A DNA stretch of 64,000 nucleotides, from positions 247,876,460-247,940,459 of the forward strand of contig NC_058134.1 in the NCBI RefSeq assembly GCF_016433145.1, written 5' to 3'. Made by a program: the position numbers and the translations under genes. This DNA is from Gracilinanus agilis (lineage: Eukaryota). This document shows, in pieces, positions 62,001 to 64,000 of the stretch (positions within the stretch are counted from its first letter, which is position 1; each line of letters begins with the position of its first letter). The notes under the pieces were generated by a model. The model had not been told where the DNA came from, did not search any database, and was given only the letters and a program-made list of their open reading frames with translations.

Positions 62001-63032
62001 CTATTTATGAATTGACTGGAATTTTTTAAAATGAGTGTGAGCTAAGGAGTTGCCAAGAATAGGAGTTTGATTTGCTTCCCATGTAAAGACTGTTACAAGT
62101 TAGTTAATAGCACAGAAGATGATTCTTCAGGGTGAATTGAGTTACAGGTACATAACAATTTAGGGATATACTGCCAAAACTCATAACTCAAGGAGTTAAG
62201 TCATTTTTCCAACTGAAGTCAAATTTCTATAATGCTTGATCTTAACTTCCTTGTTTCTGTTAATTCAACTACCCTTCTAGTTATCTAGGCTCAAAACCTC
62301 AGGAATCTTTGACTATCTTCTTCATTTGTGCTGTTGAATTAAATTCAATCAGGTTATAAATTTTATTGTAGGTACCCTAGAAAGCATACTACAGGCTCAA
62401 GGTATTCTATGAGTCATCATTCAAAACCCATATTTCATGAACCCCCTGAGTAAGTTTACTTTTACAAGTTAGGCAGAGTATATGATTAATAAAAGAGCAT
62501 AGTTAACAAGGTAGCAATATATTTTCCCTAGCTTCAATATATCTGGGGAACAAGTTTGTGTTTGTGTATATACGTATAGGTATATTACACAGGTCTATCA
62601 TCCATCTATACTGTGTAAATGTCCTGATAAATATTTAACAGTTAGCTCTCCCAAAATATAATGTATGCACAACACACTTTTAAGTTTAATCTTCATTATT
62701 AATGTTTTCCCATCACTTTACAAAATTTTGACAATCAACAAAATAATAAATCAAGCCCAGAATTGTAGTACATGGAACCTATGAATTCTAAATATAAAGA
62801 AAATTTAAAACAGCTCTTGTGAGTCAATAATTCTGAGTTGTCTGTATGACCCTTTTGTATGTATATATGCGTGTGTATGTATATATATTCATGACAAGAG
62901 AGAGCAGGAGAAAGGGGGGGGGAGAAAGAGAGAGAAAGAGAGAGAACTAACACTGGTGGTAACATCATGCTGCTTCTGCTGAGACTCATGGCTATTCCTA
63001 AATATAGTCATGTATCCACATACCTACTACAG

Positions 63033-63470
63033 TGTCAAGTGACTGACAAACATTTGGGGGTCCTGAAGTGGTGAGAAGAATGAGATGTGGGGAGAAGGAT
63101 GACACGCATCAAGAGGGCCAATGAAGCTGGTAGCAATCAGAGGCAAGGTTTATTGATCACAACTAGTATTTTATAGAGAAAGTGACAGAGGCTAAGGGAT
63201 TAGGTAACCTTTTTACATAGACAATAAGTGATGATTTACAATCTTAGTACAATGACTTAGTTTACCTCACCAAAACTTAGACAGAGTTTTCTATAAGATA
63301 ATAAATCAATATGTCAATGTGTAACCATCTAACAGAGTTTCTCATAGAATTCTTGCACCAGTGATTTTTGGAAGAACATCTAGTATTTGGGGAGGGGGAA
63401 AGTTTACTTTTCTCATGCTGAGGAGCAGACTATGAGCTTTGCAATTCCTTTGATTTTACTGGGGGCTCCA
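63033..63470 (-). mobile_element. probable ERV solo LTR (438 bp)
   Basis: TG...CA termini; flanks ctacag / tcacag (4/6); minus-strand TATAAAATA (63175-63167) and AATAAA (63154-63149). Confidence 0.6.
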
Positions 63471-63558
63471 TCACAGTTGTTCACATGGTTGCTAAGCTTG
63501 TCTTTACTTCTAGCTTTAGTGCTTCCTCTCTTAGGCAGGCTGGCCAGGTGATATAGTA

Positions 63559-63741
63559 CAGAGGAGTCATATATGTGGCTCTTGGGGGACCAGAGCCAGA
63601 TTAAAATATAACTGGGAAATATTTAACAAAGTAAATAAAAATACAATAAAACAGATAACATTACATTTTAAAGCTGAGCCTATATGAAACAGCAAGAATC
63701 CTTTTAATAGTCCTGATTTCTTTTTGAGTTTGACACCACTG
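63559..63741. mobile_element. hAT MITE family A, third copy
   Basis: Ends CAGAGGAGTCA / GTTTGACACCACTG; TSD atatagta/atacagtg (6/8). Confidence 0.85.
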
Positions 63742-64000
63742 ATACAGTGCTATTAGAAGGACATTTCCTGATGAAAAGAGGATGACAGCTCTTCCAACAT
63801 CTTTAAGGCTATGGATATATTACATCTAATATTACAGCTAAATAGGTCCAAAGCTGGGCAGAGTGCTCCCTGGCTAATATTAAGTCTATTTTTGAACTCC
63901 TCTTGCTACTCACTAGGGGTAAAAATCTTAGTCTCAAAGCATTAAATCATTTAGGGTTCAAAAATTCTTGTAACAACAGATTAATTTCTTATCGCCAAAT

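Noticed and set aside
63096-63109. AAGGATGACACGCA, identical to 14 nt of U6 snRNA
   Set aside because: No flanking U6 similarity, and it lies inside an LTR-like element; chance
1-64000. tRNA, rRNA, CRISPR arrays, prokaryotic operons or terminators
   Set aside because: None seen; B-box-like motifs all belong to SINEs and the sequence is mammalian

Overview
64 kb of AT-rich, CpG-depleted marsupial genomic DNA, most likely the opossum Monodelphis or a close didelphid (inferred from SINE1_Mdo-type and MAR1-type SINEs and a 7SL-derived copy). It has one 180-N assembly gap. I can support no intact protein-coding, tRNA, rRNA or CRISPR feature. Most ORFs in the track are chance ORFs or decayed L2/L1 fragments. 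The first ~5.3 kb is CpG-rich with dense transcription-factor motif blocks, like the flank of a developmental regulator; I could not name the neighbouring gene. The rest is intergenic or intronic: old L2 and L3/CR1 LINEs, MIR/MAR1/SINE1 SINEs, two L1 ORF2 fragments, two probable solo LTRs, and eight ~190-210 bp hAT MITEs from five families plus one older fragment. Several MITEs have perfect 8-bp target-site duplications (TSDs), and two families resemble hATs reported as horizontally transferred into opossum. Best leads: a MITE carrying a perfect CTCF core; a SINE-interrupted minus-strand segment with collinear reverse-transcriptase-like motifs; a decayed miR-7-like sequence; a chimeric two-family MITE; an unexplained ~270 bp insert in an L1; and CpG-retaining candidate conserved elements. 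Repeat family names come from memory of consensus sequences, not from a database search.
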